Positions 10,555 through 21,100 are shown, counted from the first letter of the stretch. The stretch: DNA of 64,000 nucleotides from Nitrospinaceae bacterium (GCA_965237905.1 OZ250172.1:1216001-1280000); one strand, 5' to 3'. The notes: generated from the letters alone by a model not told the origin. Program-made: numbers and translations.

Positions 10555-11910
10555 CTATTCACCGAACAGCTCGCGAACTTTGGCAACGCGGTAGCTGAAA
10601 ATTTTCTCCAGATCCTTCTTGACGAAAAAATACGCCACCGTATCGCCGGGAACGCCGAAAGGAAGCCGGTATAACGCATGATCGCGAATCAGGGTGCCGC
10701 CATCCTGTTCGATGAAAGTATGGGTATGGTGCCATTTTTTGTAAGGACCGCGCATTTGCGTGTCGCTGAAATGGATCACCGGGTTCCATTCGCCGATCAA
10801 CGATTGCCAGCGAAACGGAATTCCGTGCAGTTGCAGTTTATAGTCAATGAGCGTTCCGGCCTGCAGGGGATTCGTGGTTGAACCCAGCACCTTAAACCGT
10901 AGATGCGGCGGCGTTACCAACTCAAGATTTTGGGCGTCACCAAAAAAGTTGAAGACTTCCTCGATGGGCCGGGGCACCCATTGCTCCATCAACAATTCAT
11001 GGTCCTCCCGTCCGCAGATATCCTCCAAAGCCGCCTTCAACTCCGGAAACACGAATTCGTATCCGGCCGTTTTTCGGGCAATCACTCGCTGGCTGGTGAG
11101 GACCACCTGGGACGCTTCTCCCATAATGATCTTCAAAACAAATCCCGGCACCGGAAACAGATGGGGGCGTTTGAGAACAGCCGCCAACGTCTGGGTGAAC
11201 TCCACACTGGGCACTGGCTGAGGACTGACCGCATTGAGCGGGCCGTTGACCGTATCCGTTTCGATAGCGTGAAGAATGAGACCTGCCAGGTCGCGCACAT
11301 GAATCCAACTCATCCATTGCTTGCCCGATGCGACTTTTCCGCCAAAGCCCATACGAAACGGCGGAAGCATGGGTTGCAGGGCGCCGCCATCGTGGCCCAG
11401 CACAACGCCGATCCGCAGGGACACTACGCGAATCCCGGATTCCTCCGCCTGTCGGGCCGCTTCTTCCCATTGCCGGCACAAGTCGGAGAGAAATCCCTCG
11501 CCCGGTTCAGCTGACTCATCCAATGATTCGTCCCCCCGGTCCCCGTAGTAACCGATCGCCGAAGCGCATACGAATACTTTAGGTTTGTGATCCAACTCCT
11601 GCATAACTGCAACCAGCTGGCGGGTAGATTCGGCGCGCGATTTTATGATTTCTTTTTTGCGGGAAGCAGTCCAACGATTGATGATATTCTCACCCGCCAG
11701 ATGCACAACCGCATCGACGCCTGCGAATGCTTCACGCGGCGGTGGCTGGTCCGCGCCTTGCCAGAAAAATACCGGACAGGCGATAGGCAGACGCACCGGC
11801 GCTTTTTGGGCATCGCGGGTCAACACCACGATTTCGTGCCCCCGGTCTCTTAAATAGAGGATCACCTGCCGGCCGATAAACCCGGTGGCACCTGTAACCA
11901 GAATTTTCAT
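10555..11910 (-). CDS. TIGR01777/YfcH-family NAD-dependent epimerase fused to a C-terminal SRPBCC domain
   Basis: MKILVTGATGFIG, VHLAGENI, CASAIGYYG, GKQWMSWIH; C-terminal FNFFGDAQNLELVTPP...GPYKKWHHTHTF. Confidence 0.88.
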   Translation of the reverse strand: MKILVTGATGFIGRQVILYLRDRGHEIVVLTRDAQKAPVRLPIACPVFFWQGADQPPPREAFAGVDAVVHLAGENIINRWTASRKKEIIKSRAESTRQLVAVMQELDHKPKVFVCASAIGYYGDRGDESLDESAEPGEGFLSDLCRQWEEAARQAEESGIRVVSLRIGVVLGHDGGALQPMLPPFRMGFGGKVASGKQWMSWIHVRDLAGLILHAIETDTVNGPLNAVSPQPVPSVEFTQTLAAVLKRPHLFPVPGFVLKIIMGEASQVVLTSQRVIARKTAGYEFVFPELKAALEDICGREDHELLMEQWVPRPIEEVFNFFGDAQNLELVTPPHLRFKVLGSTTNPLQAGTLIDYKLQLHGIPFRWQSLIGEWNPVIHFSDTQMRGPYKKWHHTHTFIEQDGGTLIRDHALYRLPFGVPGDTVAYFFVKKDLEKIFSYRVAKVRELFGE

Positions 11911-12046
11911 CGAACTTCTTTCAGAAGCATTTTGAAGGGCCTTGTTTTAAAAGTGGAAAAACATCATAATGAGCCGTCTTGAATATTCTTTTTCCCACGC
12001 ACTCGTGCAGGGAGCTTAAACAAACTCTCTTTACAAGGAGATTTCC

Positions 12047-12274
12047 ATGCCCTATCAGGAGTCACCCCACTATATCGATGAAACCCCCGGAAACAAGTAC
12101 TATTGTACCTGTGGTGAGTCGGCAAATAAACCTTACTGTGACGGTTCGCATGAAACCAAAAATACCGGCAAATCGCCCATGGAATTCCAAGTGGAAAGCG
12201 CTTGCCGTATGGTCATCTGCGATTGCGGCAAAAGCAAGACCTCGCCCAGATGTGATGGCTCCCATAAAGAGTGA
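12047..12274 (+). CDS. Double CDGSH iron-sulfur domain protein (CISD3/MiNT-like)
   Basis: CTCGESANKPYCDGSH and CDCGKSKTSPRCDGSH; AGGAG RBS. Confidence 0.92.
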   Translation: MPYQESPHYIDETPGNKYYCTCGESANKPYCDGSHETKNTGKSPMEFQVESACRMVICDCGKSKTSPRCDGSHKE

Positions 12275-12380
12275 GTCCGGTTCATTTCGGCAGATGATTC
12301 ACCCATCTCATTTTTAAAAACTAATTGACCCGCCTGCGGGCGGCTTCTGGAGATGCATCCGGCCGCCCCGATTTCTCCTT

Positions 12381-13670
12381 ATGAATCGACGCATTGAAAT
12401 TCTGACCCGCGCTCAGTTGATCGTTTTAATAGTGTTCACCATAGCGGGTCATTTTTCGATCAGCATCACGCACATTTGCGGTTTTCTGGGAAGCGGGTTA
12501 TGGCTTTATAAAACCCATGTCACCCGCTCCTGGAACCAACTGCGTTGGCCGTTGTGGATTCCGTTTGCGGGTTTCGCGCTGGCCAGCATTCTTGCCGTCA
12601 TTACGGCCCTCGACCCTCTCCGGAGCTTCGAGCATTTGAAGCGGCTGTTTGAGATGGGTATCTTCTTCCTGATTCTGAATTCGCTCTCGGATCCCACCCT
12701 GAAAGCAAGTTTGCATGCTCTGCTCAATAAGTTCAAAGAAACCCGGCTGGGACAATTCTGTTTGGGAAAACCCGAGGCGGTGACTACCCTCTCGTCCCGA
12801 AACTTTTTTATCGGGTTAATTGTATTCAGTGCCTCCCTGTCTGCGGTGGCCGGAATCATCCAAGTGGCGATGAAAGGTCTTTCGATCCATCATCGGATTT
12901 CAGGGACATTGAGCATTTATATGACTTTCGCTGGACTTCTGATGCAGGCCGCCCTGGTGACTGCCGCGTACCTGTTGTTTCGCAACGAAAAAAACAAATG
13001 GATGTGGTCGGCTCTGCTGTTAATGGTCGTCGCCTTGGCCTTAACGCTGACCCGCCAGGCATGGTTGGGTTTCGGTTCGGGACTTTTAATTCTGCTGGCG
13101 TTTCGTAAACCGATTTGGGTAATCTTATTGCCCGTCTTCGCGACGCTGGTGTTTTGGATATCCCCTCCCCCCATCAAGGAACGAGTGGAAAGCATCGCCC
13201 ATCTGGATGATGTCACCTTTCAGGAGCGTCTTTCCATGTGGCGGTTGGGATGGAAAATTTACAAGGATTATCCAGTGACCGGATGCGGGTTTCACTGCCT
13301 GCTGAAGGTAGGCACGGATTATCCGGAGCACAAAGAAATTTCCCGCGGCCACCGCACGCTTCATAGCAATATCGTGCAGTTGGCGGTCGACACCGGCACC
13401 GTGGGAGTGTTGGCCTGGCTCTTTTTATGGCTGAGTTATTTTATCGCGTTGGGACGAAAATTAAATTCCGGTGATGACCCTCCAGACCGCTGGGTGGTGC
13501 TGGCCAGCCTCAGCGCGGTGATCGCGTTCCTGGCCGGAGGCTTGTTCGAAACCAACTTTTACGATTCGGAAGTGATCATGCTAACTTATTTCCTAATGGC
13601 GCTCCCTTTTGTGGACCCTAATAAAAAACCCATTGCACCTGCGGCAACCAAACCGCCAAATCATTTTTGA
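12381..13670 (+). CDS. O-antigen ligase family membrane protein (WaaL/Wzy_C)
   Basis: Multiple TM helices; LTLTRQAW, ERLSMW, PVTGCG, LHSNIVQLAVDTG. Confidence 0.85.
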   Translation: MNRRIEILTRAQLIVLIVFTIAGHFSISITHICGFLGSGLWLYKTHVTRSWNQLRWPLWIPFAGFALASILAVITALDPLRSFEHLKRLFEMGIFFLILNSLSDPTLKASLHALLNKFKETRLGQFCLGKPEAVTTLSSRNFFIGLIVFSASLSAVAGIIQVAMKGLSIHHRISGTLSIYMTFAGLLMQAALVTAAYLLFRNEKNKWMWSALLLMVVALALTLTRQAWLGFGSGLLILLAFRKPIWVILLPVFATLVFWISPPPIKERVESIAHLDDVTFQERLSMWRLGWKIYKDYPVTGCGFHCLLKVGTDYPEHKEISRGHRTLHSNIVQLAVDTGTVGVLAWLFLWLSYFIALGRKLNSGDDPPDRWVVLASLSAVIAFLAGGLFETNFYDSEVIMLTYFLMALPFVDPNKKPIAPAATKPPNHF

Positions 13671-13810
13671 GTTTTTCACTCAAATAGATTTTAATAATGT
13701 GATATATTTGGAGGCGTTAAGATTTTGATTTGGCAAACCAACTCCCCTCTTTCCCGCAGCACTAATTCTTTTTTGGACCTAAGCTCCATTTAACTATCGA
13801 GAATACTTCA

Positions 13811-14551
13811 ATGCATCGAATTGAACAAACTGTTTTTAATTTAGTCAAAAAATATTTCCCCGACCCCAATATTTTATTGATGGAACTATGTCCTGGGCAG
13901 GGAGAACTTTCCCGGGCATTACTGGATTCCAATTATAAAAACCTGGAAGCTTTGGATATCAATCCTGAAAACTTTAAAGCAGTCGGAATTAAATGTCACA
14001 AGGGTAATTTGGGAGAAAATTTACCGTTTGAAAATGAAAGTTATGATCTGGTGATCGCGGTCGAGGGCATCGAACATTTGGAAAACCAATATCATTTTGT
14101 GAATGAATGTAATCGTATTTTAAAGCCTGGAGGCATTCTGATTGTCACCACCCCGAATATTGTCAGCTTCGCATCCCGTATTAAATTTTTGTTCACGGGA
14201 TTTTATTCCCTATGCACCAGACCGCTTAGCGAATTTAAGAAGGACTGGGTGGCCGAACATATCGCTCCCCTCACCTTCTGGCAATTCAGACATATACTTC
14301 ATACCAACGGAATGTTTATTCAGGAAATTCAAACCGACCATATCCGCAGAAGTTCCCTGGTCGGCCTGATTTTCTATCCCCTTTCTTACCTGGTCACTTA
14401 CCTGAACGTCACCAGCCGTAGCAATGAGATCGAACCCAAACAATTAAAGGTGAACAAAGACATCAACAACCAGATGCATAACTTGAGCCTGTTTTTAGGC
14501 CGCACGATGATTGCTGTGGCTAAAAAAGAGGACCATGATTACATCAAATGA
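13811..14551 (+). CDS. Class I SAM-dependent methyltransferase
   Basis: MELCPGQG motif I variant, LPFENESYDLV, EGIEHL, RILKPGGILIVTTPN; lower GC than its neighbours. Confidence 0.85.
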   Translation: MHRIEQTVFNLVKKYFPDPNILLMELCPGQGELSRALLDSNYKNLEALDINPENFKAVGIKCHKGNLGENLPFENESYDLVIAVEGIEHLENQYHFVNECNRILKPGGILIVTTPNIVSFASRIKFLFTGFYSLCTRPLSEFKKDWVAEHIAPLTFWQFRHILHTNGMFIQEIQTDHIRRSSLVGLIFYPLSYLVTYLNVTSRSNEIEPKQLKVNKDINNQMHNLSLFLGRTMIAVAKKEDHDYIK

Positions 14552-14567
14552 CTTTTCAAGGATTGGA

Positions 14568-15320
14568 TTATTGAAAATGATTTTTTCGGTTGGCTTCGTA
14601 CAGCTTGAGGTATTTTAAATAAGTGGCTAGCCCCTGACAGAACGCGATGTGAAAACCCTCGTAACCGTCCAGGATTCCTTTACGGATCACATACCCTTTA
14701 AAAAATGCCGCCATTCCCCGCGAAACAGCCTTCCAAGGCGATGACTTGAGCTTTCCCTGATTCTGCTCGGCAAACAACGTCGAATAAAATTGAAGTTTGG
14801 TCACCAAACTCCCGGCACTGTCGTAAGGATAATGCTTGAGGGCGCCGTTCAGATCGGTAATGCCCATCCCTTCTTTCACCATCACGCTTTCATGGACTTG
14901 ATTGTCGTTGAGACCCGTCCGCTGTTTATTATACAAACGCAGAATTTTGTCGGGATACCAACCGCATCCTTTGATAAATTTGCCGCGGTAATAGGAATGG
15001 CGGGAAAATCGATATACCTGACTGTCATCCAAGGATAGCGATTGGATTTCCGAAGACAACTCAGGAGTCACGACCTCGTCGGAATCGACGGACAATATCC
15101 AGTCGTGCTTTGCCAACTGGGCGGCCTGATTTTTGGTGGGACCGAATCCGGCGAACTCCCGCTGTTCGATGCGGACATTTTGAAAACGGCGGGCGATCTC
15201 CATCGTCCGGTCCGTAGATCCGGTATCGATGAGCAACACATCGTCAAATGATGCCAACGATTGCAGGCACTCTTCGATATATTGTTCGCCGTCTTTAACG
15301 ATAATGGCAACGCTGATCAT
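14568..15320 (-). CDS. GT2 glycosyltransferase (WaaE/KdtX-like)
   Basis: IDTGSTDRT, GFGPTKN, WILSVDSDE, WYPDKILRLY, VHES, GILDGYEG. Confidence 0.9.
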   Translation of the reverse strand: MISVAIIVKDGEQYIEECLQSLASFDDVLLIDTGSTDRTMEIARRFQNVRIEQREFAGFGPTKNQAAQLAKHDWILSVDSDEVVTPELSSEIQSLSLDDSQVYRFSRHSYYRGKFIKGCGWYPDKILRLYNKQRTGLNDNQVHESVMVKEGMGITDLNGALKHYPYDSAGSLVTKLQFYSTLFAEQNQGKLKSSPWKAVSRGMAAFFKGYVIRKGILDGYEGFHIAFCQGLATYLKYLKLYEANRKNHFQ

Positions 15321-15386
15321 AGGAACCTATCGAACAGAAGTGATTTAATATGTTAACCGCTCTTGGGAAATGAGCCAAGTACTGAC

Positions 15387-16262
15387 TCAAAAGGGAAGCC
15401 GCGCCCTCAGTCGCGCCCATTTCAGCGCCAGCGTTTCCTCCGGTTCCACCAGAGGACCGTCGAAGGAATTCCCGATTTGCAGGTAATACTTCGTAAACTT
15501 CGAGCTGGGGATTCCCCATTTTTCCCGGAACTGCCGGCGTCCGTCATTTTTGACGACACGCCCGGTGGATTTGCACATGAAATGGAAGACCCGGCTCTGG
15601 CCGCATCCTTTAAACAGGCGCACCCCCGCCTCCCATAGCTTGTGTGAAAAGTCGGGATCGGAGTACATGCCCGGAGAGAATTCGACGCTGTAGCCCCCCA
15701 CTAGATCCCATAACTTTTTGGGGATAACATTAGGAGGCCAGGTACCCCCCTGCCAGTCCCCTTTCGGAAAATCCATGCACTGTTTTTTCAGAGCGTCTTC
15801 CTTGAAATTTTCAATCGAGTCACCGAAGGCATCGGAAACGATCACGCACCGGTTCCCGGTATCTTTCGGTTCGATGATGGTACTGGAAATGAAAAACTGC
15901 GCGTGATCCAATGCCTCGATCTCTTGCCACAAAAAATGATCCCAGTCCGGGCAGACGTACATGTCGTCGTTCATGTAAACCAGGTAATCGGTTTTGACCA
16001 GCGTGGCGGCGGCATTGACCGCATAACAGACGCCCACGTTCTTCGCCGAAGAGGAATGGTCCAGCTTCTGCTCCCCGGCCCAGGCCAGCGTTCCGTCCGA
16101 TCCCTCATTCACATGAAGAATGATCTGATGCCGGTACCGGGAATTTTTGCGGATGCTGTCAACGCATAACCGGACATAGGAAAGATTATTCCATGTGGGA
16201 ATAACGATCGAAAAACGGGCTTCGGAGTCCGGTGAATATTCTTTAAACTCGATGCGTTCCAA
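15387..16262 (-). CDS. GT2 glycosyltransferase
   Basis: FSIVIPTWNN, YMNDDMYV, GGYSVEFSPGMYSDPDF; TTG start. Confidence 0.88.
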   Translation of the reverse strand: MERIEFKEYSPDSEARFSIVIPTWNNLSYVRLCVDSIRKNSRYRHQIILHVNEGSDGTLAWAGEQKLDHSSSAKNVGVCYAVNAAATLVKTDYLVYMNDDMYVCPDWDHFLWQEIEALDHAQFFISSTIIEPKDTGNRCVIVSDAFGDSIENFKEDALKKQCMDFPKGDWQGGTWPPNVIPKKLWDLVGGYSVEFSPGMYSDPDFSHKLWEAGVRLFKGCGQSRVFHFMCKSTGRVVKNDGRRQFREKWGIPSSKFTKYYLQIGNSFDGPLVEPEETLALKWARLRARLPF

Positions 16263-16296
16263 ATCACTTTCCTTATAAAAACATTTTCAGGCTTGA

Positions 16297-17808
16297 TCAG
16301 CGAATCCGCTTATTGTTTTCTCCGGAGAAATCGTAACGGATCTGGTCGCGGACTCGCATGGAAGTGAAGTACGCGTAAGGTCCTTCGGACTGGATCAGGT
16401 AGAGTTGACCCGGAGACCCTTCATCCAGTTTTTTAAATTCGCCGATGCGGCTCAACCAAGTGGACCGCGGGTTTTCCTCAAGCGAAGCCATGATCTGCTC
16501 CGGCTGGTTGACTGGGTCGGCCAACCAACGGTCCGAATAAAACAAAATCGAATTTCTGGGATGCCAAAGCGGCAACCGGTAATTCCCCAGGAACGTTTGT
16601 TCGGGCGTGTTCAGGCGAATAGACGGGGCCAGCAAACGCACCTCCCAACTGTTGCGCCTGAGGCTGGCGGCCTGCTTCAATTCGATGGGCGTGACATTGA
16701 TCACCAGCGCTGTCATCATCACTACTCCCACCAACCAGGGCAACATTTTATCTTTCCAGTCCGGGAGCAACCAATTGCCGAGAGTCTTCGACACGATAAT
16801 GGCCAGGGCCGGAAACACCGGAAGCATGTAACGAAAGTATTGGGCGTTGCCCAGACTCAATACGACCAGTATGATCCCCACCCAAAGCAAAACCAGCAGG
16901 TAACCGTCTTTGTTATCCCCCGTTTCCGCAACCGCCCTTTTACCGAACTGCCAGCAACCGACCACAGCAAAGGGAAGCCAGGGCCAGTAGTTTCCGAAAA
17001 ATCCCTTCAGGTACCCCAAAAAATAAAAAGAACTCGCATTCGGGGTGGCGGGATCGCCATGCAAAAAACGCTCCCAGATGACCCATCCAAAATGCTGGTG
17101 GACAAACCGGTCACCGTACTCCATCCAGTTGATGATGTGCCAGGCGCTTCCCAATCCCAGTGCAATCACCACACCGGCGACAAAATTCGGGTTGACGATC
17201 GTTTTCCATCGCCGGGTTAATGCCAGTACCCCCAAGGCGATCAACAACGGGAACAATCCCAGAACACTTTTGGTCAGAATAGCGCCGGCGGTGCTGAACC
17301 CAAATGCCAGATACCAGCGGGGATTCTCCCGGGCCAGGAAAAAACAATACAAGGCCAGCGTCACAAAAAATGTCAGGGCAATATCCGTCATTCCCCGCCG
17401 GGAATAATCCAGAAAGTAACCCGGAAAAATCAAAACAACGCCCGACAGAAATGCCACCCAAGGGTCCTTGAACAGCTTCTCCGACAGCCGGTAGGTAATA
17501 TACACCGTTCCCGTTCCCAAAAGACCGGTCACCAACACGGCGGAATACCCGGACACCTCGAACACTTTGAAAGCGAGAGCGGTCAACCACAAGGGCAGAG
17601 GGGGTTTATCGAAATCGGGTTGACCGTTAAAGGTGTTGAGCCAGAGACTGCCGCCGGTCAACAGCTCCTTCGCTTTTTGAGCGTAGAAACTGTCGTCAAA
17701 ATTGAGAAGGCCCATGTCCGTCTGCCGCCCCAGAAAAATGAGAAGCGAGGAGTACAGCAGAAAAACGATTTGGAACGTTCTGTCTTTTAATACAGAGATC
17801 GCATTCAT
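16297..17808 (-). CDS. ArnT/PMT-like GT-C glycosyltransferase (GT39/GT83)
   Basis: DDSFYAQKAKE, FDKPPLPLW, LTKSVLG, RYMLPVFPALA; many TM helices. Confidence 0.87.
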   Translation of the reverse strand: MNAISVLKDRTFQIVFLLYSSLLIFLGRQTDMGLLNFDDSFYAQKAKELLTGGSLWLNTFNGQPDFDKPPLPLWLTALAFKVFEVSGYSAVLVTGLLGTGTVYITYRLSEKLFKDPWVAFLSGVVLIFPGYFLDYSRRGMTDIALTFFVTLALYCFFLARENPRWYLAFGFSTAGAILTKSVLGLFPLLIALGVLALTRRWKTIVNPNFVAGVVIALGLGSAWHIINWMEYGDRFVHQHFGWVIWERFLHGDPATPNASSFYFLGYLKGFFGNYWPWLPFAVVGCWQFGKRAVAETGDNKDGYLLVLLWVGIILVVLSLGNAQYFRYMLPVFPALAIIVSKTLGNWLLPDWKDKMLPWLVGVVMMTALVINVTPIELKQAASLRRNSWEVRLLAPSIRLNTPEQTFLGNYRLPLWHPRNSILFYSDRWLADPVNQPEQIMASLEENPRSTWLSRIGEFKKLDEGSPGQLYLIQSEGPYAYFTSMRVRDQIRYDFSGENNKRIR

Positions 17809-17867
17809 GGATGGGCTGTCATTCCCGGAAACGGTTAAATACCAGATTCATCAACCGGGCGCACGCA

Positions 17868-18770
17868 TCATAGCCAACGGGAACGCCATCTTGCAAACAT
17901 TAAATCCAGGGTCTCCTCCGGTTCCTCCAGCGGCCCCTCAAACGGCGAAGTCAGCCGGAGATAGTCCCGGACAAACCGGGAGCTGGGGAGTTTCCATTTG
18001 CGGGCGAACTGTTTCCGGCCGTCGTTGCGTTTGACAATTCTCCCCGTGCTTTTGGCCTGGAAATGAAAAATGCGGCTTTGGGCAATCCCTTTGAAGTGGC
18101 GGACCCCGGCCTGCCACAGCTTCATGGAAAAATCGGGATCGGAATACAAACCGGGGGTAAATTCCACGCTGTAGCCCCCCACCAGATCCCAAATCTTTTT
18201 ATGCACCAGAACACCCGCCCCACCGGCACCATTCCAATCCGGCCGGGACAGCAATTGCGGGCTGCGTTCCAGAAACGCACTTTCCTGAAAATTATCCGGA
18301 CTGTCACCGAATTCAGCACAGACAGTGACATTGGGATTGGTTCCTCCTCTGGGCTCGATCAATGCGGAGCCCAGTAAAAAATAAATATGATTCAGCCGTT
18401 CGATCTCCTCCCACAAATACAAATCCCAATCCGGGCCGACATACATATCGTCATTGATGTAAACCAGGTATTCGGTTCGCGCCAGAGACGCGGCGGCGTT
18501 CATGGCAAAACAGATGCCCACATTTTCTTTCGAACAGGAATAATCCAGCCGCTCCCGCTCCGCCCATTCACGGGTTCCGTCCGCGCCCTCGTTGACGTGA
18601 AGAATCACTTGATGGGGAAACCGCGAGTTCTTTTGGATACTACGCAGACAGAATTGGAGATACTTCAGATTGTTCCAAGTGGGAATGAGAATGGAAAACC
18701 GCGCATCGGGGGCGGAATCAAAAGTTTTATATTCTATGGTTTGCATGGCAGGCACACGCTGATGAATCAC
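17868..18770 (-). CDS. GT2 glycosyltransferase, paralog of 15387-16262
   Basis: FSILIPTWNN, YINDDMYV, GGYSVEFTPGLYSDPDF; collinear with the paralog. Confidence 0.88.
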   Translation of the reverse strand: MIHQRVPAMQTIEYKTFDSAPDARFSILIPTWNNLKYLQFCLRSIQKNSRFPHQVILHVNEGADGTREWAERERLDYSCSKENVGICFAMNAAASLARTEYLVYINDDMYVGPDWDLYLWEEIERLNHIYFLLGSALIEPRGGTNPNVTVCAEFGDSPDNFQESAFLERSPQLLSRPDWNGAGGAGVLVHKKIWDLVGGYSVEFTPGLYSDPDFSMKLWQAGVRHFKGIAQSRIFHFQAKSTGRIVKRNDGRKQFARKWKLPSSRFVRDYLRLTSPFEGPLEEPEETLDLMFARWRSRWL

Positions 18771-18812
18771 ACCCGCATCCCAGCGGATTCGAAAATAAAA
18801 GTGGGGGCAATT

Positions 18813-19091
18813 TCAGGATTCGAGGTACCGGTTCAAGCGGGAACGCTGTTCCTCGGTGGCATCCGGCTGGAACAGAAAACCAAACGTCTCCAAACGCCAG
18901 ACCAACATATCCAGCCCCTTTAACACGCTAAACCAGTAAAACAGGGCTGAAACGGGATTTTTACGATTGATGTCGTTGCGGCAGAATATGACATCAAACA
19001 CCTGTTTGCGGGACCGGCGAAACAACGACGCGTTGCCGCGTTCCCTGACAATCCGGATCAAACGAAACAAATTAATAATAGGTCGAATCAA
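18813..19091 (-). CDS. Small hypothetical protein
   Basis: 92 aa ORF filling the gap upstream of the GT cluster; no recognisable motif. Confidence 0.4.
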   Translation of the reverse strand: MIRPIINLFRLIRIVRERGNASLFRRSRKQVFDVIFCRNDINRKNPVSALFYWFSVLKGLDMLVWRLETFGFLFQPDATEEQRSRLNRYLES

Positions 19092-19240
19092 TTCCGAGTC
19101 CTTTCAATGCTCCGGCAGGATTCGCCAACCCCGCCTGACAAAACTTTACGAATGGCTCCCTTATATTATATGATGAACCCCATTTGGTAAAGAGAACAAT
19201 CCGTTGCCCGATTACCACCCAATCTCAAGGAATAACCGTC

Positions 19241-21100
19241 ATGAATCTAAACGCGTGGGACGAACGCGCCCGCAACACCATTCAAATGGGGTCCGACCGG
19301 GTGCAATGGCACATGGGCTTTATGAAAGAGATGGTTCGCATCGACAGCCGCAGTTTCAATGTGAATGAATTTGAAGGCGACCGGACCACGCCGACGGACA
19401 TGAAGGAAATCCTGAAACTGGCCCAAGAGTATCTGCAAAGTATCGGGTTCCCCATGATCCACATCAACGCCCCGCCTCCCGGCCCTGAGCGATCCACTCC
19501 TATTTTGATGGCGGAGATTGTTGCGGGAAACAACAAACCGACCCTGCTGATGTACGCTCATCTTGACAAGCAACCTTACATGGATGACGCACGTTTCAAA
19601 AAATGGGACGGGCACCCACCGACCGAACTTCGGTGGAACGCAGATGGTACCCGTGCTTACGGCAGGGGAGCGGCAGACGATTTGAGCGGCGTGGTAGCCA
19701 TCGGCATGGCGGTCGATGCGTTGTTGCGATCGATCGAATTTGATGCGAAAAACCCGGAACCCGGTCTTCTTGAACAACTGCCCTGCAACATCAAGGTCAT
19801 CTTCGAAACCGAAGAAGAGTCCGGGTCGCACACGCTGATCCCGCAGATTTTACAAAACAAGAAATTCTTTGAAACTTCAGATTGCGTCATCATCACCGAC
19901 GTCACCAACCCGGACACGGGTATCCCCGGACTGACCACCTCGCTGAGAGGCGTCATTCAAATGAACGCTCATATGAAAACCACCGAGGCACACCCGGCTA
20001 TCGATGAGCAAACCGCTCTGTACAAAGTGCTGGCAACCTTGATCCACGACGATCATTCCCTCGCCGTGACGGACATCTCTAAAGGAGATGCCCCCATCAC
20101 CGAAGAAGAGCACCAGGGTTATGAAAAAATTCCAACGACTCTCGCGGCCTTGCGCGCACAAGCTGGCTTACTGAACGAAACTCAACTGACTGTTCCCTCC
20201 AGCAAAGTGGACATTATTGAAGCGGAATTGCGGACCTCCTACGCCAATGTACGGCCGGGGCATCGCGTAGCAGGTGGCGTGGTGTTTGGCATCGCCGGGG
20301 CTCGTTTTCATTTTCACACCGAAGGGCTGACCCATCGAGAGGGTTTTATCCGATGGCTGGAAGAAACGTTCAAGACTTACAACCGCTTCGGATTAAAAAT
20401 CCGGCTCAGAGAGCTGGAAGCGTCTGATAACCTGACCTTGGAACTCATTCTGCAATCGGCGGACAAGGATCCGCACTCGGGCATGTTCGGTGGCCCGTTT
20501 CCCGTTCCCGAACTGCAACTGGCGCACATGGTGGATCGTCTGATCGGGTGGGATGGCAAGCTGGCTACTGTCGGATGGCAGGAATTTTTCGAATCCGGCG
20601 GAGGGATCCGGAAAATCTCCCTCCGTGCTTTGCATGTAGAACACGACGGGTCGGCTCGAACCTTCGATGACCTATCCGCCCGGGCACTGGTCGAAATCCG
20701 CCTGGCGCCGGGTCATCGGGAAACTACTGCAAATGATCATTTGAAACATCATTTAATCAAAAATGTTCCCGCCGGATTTTCCCTGAAACTGGAGGAAGAC
20801 AAAGGCGGGCCGCCCTGGATGACCGGCATCGACCATCCGGCCTTTTCATTAATGCTGGAATCGCTGAAAACCGGTTACGGCCATGAACCTTGCCTGTACG
20901 GGTGCGGGGGCTCCATCCCGTTCGTCGCCAAACTGATGGACTCCCTGGGGAACATCCCTCCGCTCTGCCTGGGGGCCTACGACCCCGATTGCCGTATGCA
21001 CGAGCCAGGGGAAAGCCTTTCCATGGTCGATCTGCTGGGATGCGCCCGCTCCATCGTTCATTTCATGCTTTCCTCTCCCCGGGCTTTTTCGCAGAGGTAG
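19241..21100 (+). CDS. M20/M25/M40 family metallopeptidase with an enlarged lid region
   Basis: YAHLDKQP, YGRGAADD, ETEEESGS, GGSIPFV, MHEPGE; start at ATG 19241 after AAGGA. Confidence 0.85.
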   Translation: MNLNAWDERARNTIQMGSDRVQWHMGFMKEMVRIDSRSFNVNEFEGDRTTPTDMKEILKLAQEYLQSIGFPMIHINAPPPGPERSTPILMAEIVAGNNKPTLLMYAHLDKQPYMDDARFKKWDGHPPTELRWNADGTRAYGRGAADDLSGVVAIGMAVDALLRSIEFDAKNPEPGLLEQLPCNIKVIFETEEESGSHTLIPQILQNKKFFETSDCVIITDVTNPDTGIPGLTTSLRGVIQMNAHMKTTEAHPAIDEQTALYKVLATLIHDDHSLAVTDISKGDAPITEEEHQGYEKIPTTLAALRAQAGLLNETQLTVPSSKVDIIEAELRTSYANVRPGHRVAGGVVFGIAGARFHFHTEGLTHREGFIRWLEETFKTYNRFGLKIRLRELEASDNLTLELILQSADKDPHSGMFGGPFPVPELQLAHMVDRLIGWDGKLATVGWQEFFESGGGIRKISLRALHVEHDGSARTFDDLSARALVEIRLAPGHRETTANDHLKHHLIKNVPAGFSLKLEEDKGGPPWMTGIDHPAFSLMLESLKTGYGHEPCLYGCGGSIPFVAKLMDSLGNIPPLCLGAYDPDCRMHEPGESLSMVDLLGCARSIVHFMLSSPRAFSQR

